64,000 nucleotides of DNA. Source: a virus. Each line of letters begins with the position of its first letter. Position 1 is the stretch's first letter. The notes under the pieces were generated by a model that saw only the letters and a program-made list of their open reading frames with translations, did no database searches and was not told where the DNA came from. Position numbers and translations under genes: made by a program. Below are positions 11,201 to 19,200 of this stretch, piece by piece. Where the stretch lies: positions 96,001 to 160,000 of the IMG/VR virus record IMGVR_UViG_3300035158_000183, one strand, 5' to 3'.

Positions 11201-11728
11201 AAGAACAAATATCGTATTTATAGCTGGGCTAGAAACACCAAGTGATTTACGCACCTTACCGTTAAACACATATACTAGTGGATTGTGAGTAAGCTCAGCT
11301 ATCAAACGATGAAGCTTTACTGATTGCGCAGGACCCTCTGGGAAAACTAGTGTTATAGTAAGCACCATGTCTTGTAGGCCTTTGGTGGCCACTACCGGGG
11401 ACTCTGATCTAAGCGTTTCGGCTACGAATACATCATTGTGGGACTCGATCTGGATGGCATTCATTGGCACATCAGACAGCGTGATATCATTGAGCATCAG
11501 GAAGTCGTCAGCAAATTCACGGTATCCTAGCTCGGAGAGAAACTCCTGTTCCTGGAGAGCAGCCGTAGGTCTGATAGTCCTTGCCCGTGCTTCCTGGAAC
11601 TCTAACTCCAGCAGCTCTTTAGGCACAGGGATTGACTGACCTAGAGGGTCCGGTAGCTCCATCTCATCAGAGATTGGGTCTCCATGTTCATCTAGTACAG
11701 GTAACTCATCTGAGGTTTTTCTAGGCAT
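5258..11728 (-). CDS. Large baseplate hub/tail-associated protein with an internal Cys/His (NlpC/P60- or CHAP-like) domain
   Basis: 2156 aa; hub-like C-terminal motifs (VKVQIRLGY, VFLGSIVEI, GELIVTGNEKLKPYD); internal KCNIMFYETLHRAGY...KHVMLL. Confidence 0.65.
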   Translation of the reverse strand: MPRKTSDELPVLDEHGDPISDEMELPDPLGQSIPVPKELLELEFQEARARTIRPTAALQEQEFLSELGYREFADDFLMLNDITLSDVPMNAIQIESHNDVFVAETLRSESPVVATKGLQDMVLTITLVFPEGPAQSVKLHRLIAELTHNPLVYVFNGKVRKSLGVSSPAINTIFVLETGTLSNSATPGQLILTLTLHHFNFKPFSNHFWYNTTFPNVSKRRPTPERELLLGDLTSYEASAHSLDYEAEKMVNDIREGLLPLRGEEPNVPVNFPGASDAWMYYADHMQKNTPGVGTTNSDIVGFTLQMLEHHNPPDKTQKLGRGVVADVLKEQDGFPSAAAIYNATNAPLVETDSQGQITTATQQAAKQASVPGQEVPVFLKRSKRSWQSAREELWKWDREPWRKRGKLELGKQLSPHLADKETGETVHYEHKEKCNIMFYETLHRAGYQVPIQARAKGKGFGYFGCRQTVRAAQHNARWLLRLTGQSAKNIQKVIDAGIPVGIVWSKHVMLLTRVHHIGYAADKTIISIYCQAVDQKSKRAGPPKTRLASNTKSGIEIFQALPIGVRPKLAKRTQHMDVSKGPNEKKPEQTKQQEQKKPRPQPTEGTAAKSEAIPGKPTELPKDVRSQQARNKWIASYNAKGWYYYSEDPKLRNIFAKDVQLYVSSNPDDYRDSVFAKNMVLSGLSVTFGHRIVPIKLLSQDTYTWQFLGAGNKTGTLSFTFTGVEGREGADALKKMIFRARENARRFNAMIPYAGSMRVESSHPVTDETNNILALLSIRDIVVTDVQESSVEGSVDQHQMNVSFITQDFAEERLDRYIPTDISAKRQIVSGIMKFLKSEKPKKLSNDPQDDDRRNIIPKPSIIEPRLYEVAHENQVKQEQGYWVAGHGRPWKVKDPYFPGWLAEAVIQAADICQKTQNEMPPVVWKTAPDSNETWETAYRTWGAEGVLFGQVKNIPNEDKPSTAIVKKGPAAQAEMMAELDSPRSHYTRVKHDRVGTWNDMYNGKFSTNGAWATNREHARVFNKWLNSMERVIRQVQSHVLDERFDNYFPGIRQQRLEATALAVGECYADMNLPEVPLVSEGTDSQQRLPAIPLPPEFYIYDDSKEDSVVSALTDVNNMETFLRRHVRNEVASIQRYLHDTMLGGSYLSYNLPRILESRKIYLEKFAGVDRAAGEITFLDYEQMMQEGTNAWEPVYYRPDDPDYQAKGPAAWFKTVSTGLKATDYTTAQFNFMQNLTHMSEYVQSGRPLEWHSSDVMPEPEKLIEAMYDVNWRALSFGPNPDYKTADKKLSGTPDSQQTQKSKEEIKRAGGFVEWGDLGPRATRLSDGSYTVGNNKEEVQAAADAQPSAWGVVKDQYFALLGGVTRLAGKLGINPLAMAVEAIGDVQKLVDQKAENRANLIRAGGITEILKGLDHDVAKGKFGEGSKVKNTAALGTSIALGNKKNDLSMRRAFPTFKIYFIEDDADEDIKVNGRVVRAFDDFYSYSCVQEIRIIRSRKVAADLAIIRITNIGDTLLRRRWGEKAQYIKDHEAKYGINAERATGIFADTELENPFENMILQDGVKVQIRLGYAANPDLLESVFLGSIVEIAPSEDGKILEIVCQGYGAELEGVELGPLSDGKVFYSSQEVLSGAILHPSIVHFGRRSDYNRFLTSEIRHKLRGGHGQSILYQLNPASLITEWGRRETLSQLFKNPHRNEPQDDNIFAPPPKVYATTWMKYWDNACAYRPIKQTPWEIFREHELRHPGYAALAIPYGHSPRMTMFFGAKGQHYWSRPPSDMEMLLADSATRGIRHLKGLEVSKLIPNEEFRSSMRKLAAANPKMANAIAIALTSSAPAHSVETQVSALFGRYKPFRNYHYFDSVHHILKNTIRTNRNGVPNEVEVLYFDNDNLLEEEDAEDLVDNLQALQRSDSGVLACKLDENIPDEYLRSYREEFPSCITVDMAKRYVQGLFARHLRDAYQGELIVTGNEKLKPYDVCLINDSSINMIGPIEVEAVEQVFNRDFGFISIITPDMCVVVNDFYAQAAIDTACEALSYAYGFDQPQSGVSLTALTSPLPLMAMTAAVKIINWTQDAVPVITNPLTLGGKPFVSVACGAGRSSLFVGLHGRWYQYWDDLETAWDKLDIGEELFGAALDISESFWGFLGDTGGLEEAEL

Positions 11729-11734
11729 TTCTTG

Positions 11735-14700
11735 CTACAACCTCTCATGGATTCTATTAGCCAGACGTTGCGGACTCAAGGCCTCTCGGTTGTCTACTGT
11801 TCTAATCCGGGTCCGACCGCCTAAGTCTCCAGCTTGTCTCATGAAATTCTGGCCCATCTGGTTCGCATCAGGTGTAGGTATTCTAATACTAGCACGAGAT
11901 GCGGATCTCATTCCACTCATGTCGTACACCTTAGGCGACTGCATTATCCTTGCTGTTGGAGGACTCATACCCTGTCCGGCTGCAGGACCAATATAGTCGT
12001 CCCCCAGGTTCCTGCCACCAGCTGCTCCCTCTTTCGGTGCCGACAGCGAACCAGATACTGATGGGGCTGCTAGCATTACGCCGGCCGCCAGACTAGCCCC
12101 TATCATCAGTGGGGCTCTGGCATGGCGCAAAGCCCCGAAGACAGCTGAAGTTCTAGTCTTAGCCATACGCAAGGCCCTGGTGGCATTTTCGGTGAGGCTC
12201 GGCTGCCCGTAAGCTTGTCGCTGCATGACTGCTTGTGCCACATCGAGGGAACCCGTACGACGCTTGTAATACATGTGTATTAAGGTATTTAAGTCATCTG
12301 GCACGCGGCCTTTGGCCAACTGTGCTTCCTTGACAGCAACGTCTACATCTGCACCAACTGCACGTACACCACTTATGATGTCTTCCGCAGCCTGTCTGGG
12401 GCTGAATTTCAGTGTTCTAGCACCCTCCCGACCGGTCACAGGATTAGTGATGCTACCAGATACTACACGATCTTCTTCGCCCATTATTCTCTTCAGCACA
12501 CTCTCCATCCCACTTGCATCTTGTTGCTGTATAGCATGGGCAATATCTTGATACATCTGACTCTGGTAGGCTCCGTGCTTACCACCAATAGCGGCTTCTT
12601 CTAGGTGCCAGAACAATTCAGCCATTGGACGATACTTCTCTGGAGCTGCGTACTGTAGGCCCAGTTTGGCTTTCTGTAAAGCTATATTAACCTGCGGGGT
12701 GGCTATTTTGGCTGTTGTGAGGTTCGCAGCTCCCTGCATCATAGCCTCACGTCTTGTCATTTCAGCGATACCCTTAACCCCTCCAAGCTTTGCTGCCTGG
12801 CTCTTGATCAGATCTTTCATAGCATAATGATTGAATAAATAGCTGGTATATCCTTCAGCAATTTCACTATCCATCTTGCGGGTTAGTCTGTTAAAGGTGT
12901 CTCTGTCTGATATAGCAGCTATAGAAAACGCATCTTTATCAAAATCACCTTTCATACCTACCATGGGAGATATATCTACTTGGCGTTGTACGCCACCAAT
13001 AGTCAATGACCCCTCTTGGTATGGTGAGGCTATTAGCTCGTCTGCTAGATTCCGGTCTACCTGAAACCGCGCGAATTGGAAACTCTCTGGTCCGGTGAGA
13101 GGGTGGCGCCAGACACCCGCAACCACAGCCTGATTCTTCTTTAGCAACATTTCTTTCTGGAACTTCAATAGCTCTCGCTGGTCATCCGTCTTGGCATTCT
13201 CCAGCAACTCATCCATCATTCTCTGGGCGGTGCGTGGGGAGACACGGAAAGCTCCAGCAGCTTGGGCTGTCTGTTCCGCAGTTTGTCGGACACCTGTCAG
13301 ATACCTGGTTCCCAACAGCTTGCCTTTAGCAATGGTTGCCTGGCGCTCTGTGGCAGCTACAACCTTGCTCCGTAATGAGGCAGCTGCGGCCTCAATTTCT
13401 TCTGTAGCCGCCCCTCTAGCTAGCTGATAGCGTAAATTTTGTAGTTCCTGCATAACATCCGTATCAATCATACGGCCGCCCTGAGCACGGAACTGCTGCA
13501 TAAGCTCTGGGGCTTCCTCAAAACCTGGCACATATAGCCGCTTGGCGCCCCCTAAAGCTTCTATATCCTGGCCTAACGGGACATACCTTCCTTGTGCTCT
13601 CCGCAAGTCTTCTTGGGTCATCTGTGCCAGTGTTTTCTCAGCAGTAGGTATATCCCCAGTCCATCGTTCGACAAGGCCTTCTTCACCCAGCACAGTGCCC
13701 ATCATACGATTAGCTGCTACTAAGTCAGTTTTGCCATAGGCTCGAGTACCCAGCTCTGCTGCCAATGCTTGGCCCTCCGCACCCTTCATGGCTAACAAGC
13801 GCATGCCAGCTTGCTCAATTGTAGCCATGCCACCTGCACCACCTTCAGCTGCTAGATCACCCAGACGACCCTTCATAAGCCCCATCACACCAGTGGAGTC
13901 TGCCACTGCCTGACCAATGCCGAGGCTATCTGCTACACCCTGATCCATCAGACCGAAAGTGAGGCCCATCTCTTCAGCAGTAAACCCAAAACGCTTGGCT
14001 GTTCTTGTCATACGCCGCTGCAGATCGAATACAGCACGGTCAGCAGTTGCTGCGTTCAGGCTACTGACTCCCATGATACGAGCTGGATCCTCTAAAAAGC
14101 TTCGGGCCACAGCCTCGCTTCCAGCCAGTGTGCCGGCATCTATCTTGCCAGCGGTTATGAGAGACATAGCCTCCATCTGCTGAGTCAGCTGGGCCATTAG
14201 GTTACGTTGGACCAGCTTGCCAGACCACATAGCCTGCACGGCCTGTCCGCCTATCTCTGTAGGTGCGCCGGCTACCCCGAGCATGCCAGCTAATTCTTTC
14301 TGCGTTTGAGCCCTACCCATGAACTTAATATCTTCACTGAAAAATTTCCACCACTTATCTCGACCTATGCGGTGCCGTTCGCGTACGTACACCGTAGCGG
14401 CATGATCGTCCGTAAGTTCGGCTGCAATAACTTCAGCAGCTTCCCCGCCTGCTTGAGCCTCTGCCCATAGCGGTGCGCCAGTGTGGCGCTCAACTCCTAT
14501 AAACCCTTCTTGTCCTATAGGAGTAGCGAATTCTCGCACTTCTCCGATGCGAGCACCCTTAAGCTTAGCCAGTATCTCTTCATTCACCCTGAGGCCTTCT
14601 CGTAGGTTTATCTTCTTTGCTACAACACGCTCATACTCCATCATATCGGCTGCTTGCTCTGCGATAAGTCCCTCTTCCAGGAACATTCTCTTGTTCAGTT

Positions 14701-16228
14701 CCTCAGCGAGAAAGTTTCCTTCGACCATTCCTCTCTGTAGGGCCTGCTTCTCGTTAGCAGTCTTGGCATAGAACGTTACTAGCTGAGGAGCAGTATAAGC
14801 CTCGGCTGCCGTAGCCGCATGTCCACCGTGTACCATTCTCTGATAGGCTGGGCCCTGAATCTTGCGTTCTAACCGGCTATAGTATTCGCCAAAAGTACCA
14901 GCGAATGGTGTGGCCTTAGCCTTAGCTTCCGCCGTGACACCCCACTCTCCCCTAATAAACTGGAAAGGTTGTTGTTCAGTACCCACTAAACGGCCTAGTG
15001 GGCCATATAGCTCTTCGGCAGGTGTCATACGCTCGTGCACGCCTGCCATAAATACACCTCTGGCTACGGGATCCGGACCGCCAACAGGCCACAACTGCCG
15101 TCCGCCTGCTGCAGCTTCCTCCACCATCTTTCCGCGTAATTCTTCAGTCATTTTGCCTGCATACACTGCTTGCTGGCCCAACATCCGTGCTCTAGCCCTG
15201 CCTCCAGAAGGCAGCACTGCTTCAGGCAAGGACCAAACTGCCATTGCTCTGTGTGATGCGTCCCGGTCATGAAGAGCTTCTATGATTCGATGATTTATCT
15301 CAATTACTGTGTTCTTAACACCTGTAGTGGTCTTCTGTCTGGATATGGCGTTGGCCAGAAGATCTACGTACTCATCAGCATAGTTGCGTATAGCTCCTGT
15401 CTCACCATAGGCACGCCGGGTTCTATATCTGGCTGTGAGTCGCTGTCCGCCATAGGCCATCCCTGCACCCTCTAGCGGAATATTTATAGCTTCTCTTCCG
15501 ATAGCCGCTCTTAGTACAGGAACTTCAGCAAACTTACCGCCACCTAGTGCTTCCCGGACCATCTCCACACCACGCCAGTCTATCTCCCCGCCAGCTTTGC
15601 GCATAGCTTCATCCAGCCTCTCCTGTATGGCCACGGCTTTGGGAAAGTCTTGAATAGGTTTTACTGGTCTGTCAATGGTCGTGCCCACAAACTCGCCCGG
15701 TGATATGGCTGCCTCCGCTCTGGCCGCCCATGGAGTGCGTCCGCCTAGAGTGGGATCTGCTGTTAGAGACCGCAGGCGCCCAGCAAAGACATCAGCATCA
15801 CCCAGCAAATCCTGAATCTCAGCAGCAGCTTGCCCATAAGCCTTCTTGTATGTAGACTGGCCCATGATATTTTGGAAAGCTGTGTAAGCTTCCTCTTCAC
15901 TATAACGGCCACCTGCCATAATAGCTTCATAGGCGGCAGCGGCTATATCATGCTGCAGCACCTTGCCGCCTGGGCCAATCTTGGATAGCTCGTGAATAGC
16001 CAGATCTGATGTGTCCACCGTGCTCTTGATGGTGCGTTGCAGGTTGAACCCACCCATACCAGGTACTCTTGCCGCTACTTCGCCAGCAATATCTCTGGGC
16101 ATTGTAGTGAAAAGACCCCTGAGAGCGGGATGGGCCCGGTACAAACCTACGCCAGCACCTCCCAGCAGAGCTGCACCTGCAGTAAACCCCCAGAGTGGTG
16201 AACGTTCTTGATAATTGTTATCTGGCAT
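11735..16228 (-). CDS. Putative virion-packaged single-chain RNA polymerase (double-psi beta-barrel type)
   Basis: 1497 aa; GVWRHP (RHP at 13100-13108) followed by MKGDFDKD (DFDKD at 12932-12946), resembling the R.P...DFDGD catalytic barrel; hydrophobic Gly/Ala segments near both termini. Confidence 0.55.
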   Translation of the reverse strand: MPDNNYQERSPLWGFTAGAALLGGAGVGLYRAHPALRGLFTTMPRDIAGEVAARVPGMGGFNLQRTIKSTVDTSDLAIHELSKIGPGGKVLQHDIAAAAYEAIMAGGRYSEEEAYTAFQNIMGQSTYKKAYGQAAAEIQDLLGDADVFAGRLRSLTADPTLGGRTPWAARAEAAISPGEFVGTTIDRPVKPIQDFPKAVAIQERLDEAMRKAGGEIDWRGVEMVREALGGGKFAEVPVLRAAIGREAINIPLEGAGMAYGGQRLTARYRTRRAYGETGAIRNYADEYVDLLANAISRQKTTTGVKNTVIEINHRIIEALHDRDASHRAMAVWSLPEAVLPSGGRARARMLGQQAVYAGKMTEELRGKMVEEAAAGGRQLWPVGGPDPVARGVFMAGVHERMTPAEELYGPLGRLVGTEQQPFQFIRGEWGVTAEAKAKATPFAGTFGEYYSRLERKIQGPAYQRMVHGGHAATAAEAYTAPQLVTFYAKTANEKQALQRGMVEGNFLAEELNKRMFLEEGLIAEQAADMMEYERVVAKKINLREGLRVNEEILAKLKGARIGEVREFATPIGQEGFIGVERHTGAPLWAEAQAGGEAAEVIAAELTDDHAATVYVRERHRIGRDKWWKFFSEDIKFMGRAQTQKELAGMLGVAGAPTEIGGQAVQAMWSGKLVQRNLMAQLTQQMEAMSLITAGKIDAGTLAGSEAVARSFLEDPARIMGVSSLNAATADRAVFDLQRRMTRTAKRFGFTAEEMGLTFGLMDQGVADSLGIGQAVADSTGVMGLMKGRLGDLAAEGGAGGMATIEQAGMRLLAMKGAEGQALAAELGTRAYGKTDLVAANRMMGTVLGEEGLVERWTGDIPTAEKTLAQMTQEDLRRAQGRYVPLGQDIEALGGAKRLYVPGFEEAPELMQQFRAQGGRMIDTDVMQELQNLRYQLARGAATEEIEAAAASLRSKVVAATERQATIAKGKLLGTRYLTGVRQTAEQTAQAAGAFRVSPRTAQRMMDELLENAKTDDQRELLKFQKEMLLKKNQAVVAGVWRHPLTGPESFQFARFQVDRNLADELIASPYQEGSLTIGGVQRQVDISPMVGMKGDFDKDAFSIAAISDRDTFNRLTRKMDSEIAEGYTSYLFNHYAMKDLIKSQAAKLGGVKGIAEMTRREAMMQGAANLTTAKIATPQVNIALQKAKLGLQYAAPEKYRPMAELFWHLEEAAIGGKHGAYQSQMYQDIAHAIQQQDASGMESVLKRIMGEEDRVVSGSITNPVTGREGARTLKFSPRQAAEDIISGVRAVGADVDVAVKEAQLAKGRVPDDLNTLIHMYYKRRTGSLDVAQAVMQRQAYGQPSLTENATRALRMAKTRTSAVFGALRHARAPLMIGASLAAGVMLAAPSVSGSLSAPKEGAAGGRNLGDDYIGPAAGQGMSPPTARIMQSPKVYDMSGMRSASRASIRIPTPDANQMGQNFMRQAGDLGGRTRIRTVDNREALSPQRLANRIHERL

Positions 16229-19200
16229 TACCTAACTCCCATCCTCTTGTGGGTTTCTCGCACTAATTCATCTCTAGAGTCAACGATTTCAATATCATAC
16301 TCATCCGGTCCTTTAGTAGCCAGACCACACCGCATCACCCTGCTGCCACTACCTCCATGGACCTTGGCTAGTGTTTCAGCATTCAGCTTGTGTATCATAA
16401 CATCTTCTAGCTCAGCACGGGCTTGCATATCTCGTATAAGGTCTTCATTAATATACGGTTTTCTAGCTAGGGCTCGCTTCCGAGCACCCCAAAGATCGAA
16501 CTCATGATGGTCGAGTCCGGCCATCTGCACATACTGAAGCTTAACATCCTCCATATCAACTGATGGACTATTATGATAGATTCCAATTGGAGAACAATAC
16601 ATGTGCTGGTCTTCAACTTCAAAATCGAGCACCGTGCCTTCGTATTGGGATCTTTCAATGGTCTCTACTCGATAAGCTATAAAGTTTTCACCTACTATAG
16701 CTGAAAGAGAAGAGCTAAGTGACTCTACTGCATATTGGGCTTTACCATTTCTCTTCTTTGGCCCATGCAAACTAGCAGGAATACCTTGTGCCTCATATAG
16801 CCGTTTGGCCATATAGCATAATTGTCTATTAGCAAGAATAAGTCTCCCCCGCTCATCTTTAGAAGCATCCCCTGTATTAAGGCCATCTAATAAAGCTGCT
16901 TGGCTCTTCTGAGTAATATTCTCTAACCAAGAAGGAGAATATTTTTGATCACAATATCTACCTACCCAATGATTAATAAGCCAACCGAAAATACTATTTG
17001 CTACTACTAAATATGCGCTTTCACTCTTAGGCTTCTTCTTAAATCTGATGATGCTATCTAATCCAAATTTATCTTTAATGATTTTTTGAGCTAATTCTAG
17101 AATTGGGACTTCATCTATATGCGCTGTAAACTGTACTCCTCTCATTCTGTCTCCAACAGCCCATGTGTTCCCTCCTGCTAAGTAATAGCCAATTAACCAA
17201 CAAGTAGCTTCATCTAATTTGATAAATCTATTGATTGGTTTAATTCTTCCTGTCTTCGGACGTAAAGTATCATCAAGTATCAGAGTATTGTTTGGAAAAC
17301 AATTAAGCTTACCAATATCTATTACTGGATCTTCATCAGTATGTTTTAGTAAAGGAATAGGCAAGTACGTATTTGTTGTAAGTTTACCTATAGGCATCCA
17401 TTTAGCAGAATAAGATTCATAATGCTTTGTAGTACAGAAATTACATTTCCACATTGTTGTTGCATGCGTGCATACAGATTCAGGCTTTAAATTGTATTTG
17501 CATCGTTCAGTCTGAATCCCAAGCACAATATGATTCTCTGTTGCTGCCATACAATAAACACTGTTGTGATGAGTTTTAACAATTATAATATCTTCATTTG
17601 TCTGTCTCTCAAAAACTTGTTTCACTTGGTTTTCTCCTTGCAAGGTAGTTAAAGACTGATCTAATTTTACGTCACTTGCATGGAGAATTCTACCATCTGA
17701 TGTTAAGATATCTTGTTTCGGAGGAACACACCACCCTAGCCAGTCTGCGCCTGGCAAGGAGTGGGTTTTGAAGTATTCCTTAGCCTTAAGTTCGCGTATC
17801 CATTCATCAAATGGGATCTTTCCATCTGTCTCGGCTCGCCACTGCTCTTCCATCTCCGGTGTGGCCCCGAAGCCTTCGGTCTTGCGCATAAGAGCAGTCG
17901 TAATTAGTGTCTGCTCATCTTCCTTGGTGGCTATACCCGCCTGCTCCTTAGCTCTAGCAGCTCCTGCTTCCTGTTGTAACCACTTGGACATATACAGCCG
18001 TTGTTCATTCTCAGGTATCAGGGACAGTATCTCCTCGCGCTCTTCTGGTGATCTGGCACCTGTGAAAGCAGCAAAGAAGTCACGCTCTCTGCGCGGCAAG
18101 GCCCTCATAGCAGCCACTGGTGACCCGAAGACGTCCAGCCCGAACATGGTCCGCTGCTGGAGTTCCTGTTCCTCCCTCACATCTGACCACCTATTATTGT
18201 GGCGCGCAATACGTTCTGCACGCTCTGCCTTCACCCAATCCAGCATATCGAAATATTCATTAATGTCACGACGTTGGCGAATTTGTTCAGGAATTCTGTT
18301 GAAACCTATAGCGTGTAGTGCCATGTCGGCTGCTGGCTGTAGAAAGTTCTCCACAGGACGATTCCAAAATGCTGCCTGGGTGCCAATAGCCTCTGAAGCT
18401 ATGTACTCCTCAATGGCTGATCGTTGTCTGATAAGCTTGGATGCCGGAGACATAGGCGTTAGATACTCCATAGGGGTCTCAATACCATGCAAGATAGTCT
18501 CGCTCATGCGTCCAGCCAAACGCTCAGCAGGAGTAAATCTTAGCTGCTCGAATTCATCGCGTAGCTCCTTGGCCTCGGCATACTTCTGCTCCGCCAGGAC
18601 TTGCCCGTAGTCCTGGTCGCCCATCATGGCTACAGCCTTCATGCGGCTGCCGCGCTTGGTCACATCATAGCGGCGGGACTCCATCTGAGGAGCCTTGATA
18701 GTAATCTTCTGCCCCTCAAAGTGCTCAGTGGCGAAGTCCATTGCCTTCTGCATGTTGGTGATGGCGCCCACGCCCTGCAGCTCGATAACCATGTCGCCGA
18801 ATTCTGCTGCCTTGATACGACGTGGATCTAAGACCTCTGTGACGGTGATATCCCTGGTGCCTAGTAGCTCTGGTCTGAAGCGATACTCAGTTATCTTGCG
18901 GCGCTGCTTCCTGGACTTGACCTGTTCCTCAACAGTTCTGACTAGCTGCTTATCTTGATCCGATAGCCTACCAAAGTTTCGCTTAGCCTTCTGTAGCGTC
19001 CACTTATATTCGTCTGACCACATAGCCACATCGCCCAGGATTTTAAGGCGGTGGACGAGTGGATACTCCTCTGGGTGGACCCCAGCTACCTCAGGATGCA
19101 GAGCCTCGTACCCAGGACCCGGCAGTCTGATTTCAGCTTCCTTGATCTTCTGGAATGGATTGCCATACTTCAGATCTAAGAAGTAGTCTTCGGGCATCCA

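Noticed and set aside
17768-18610. 280-aa plus-strand ORF, and the many other plus-strand ORFs in 1-57000 such as 34088..34786
   Set aside because: Antisense to well-supported genes, with the Ser/Pro-rich composition typical of shadow frames
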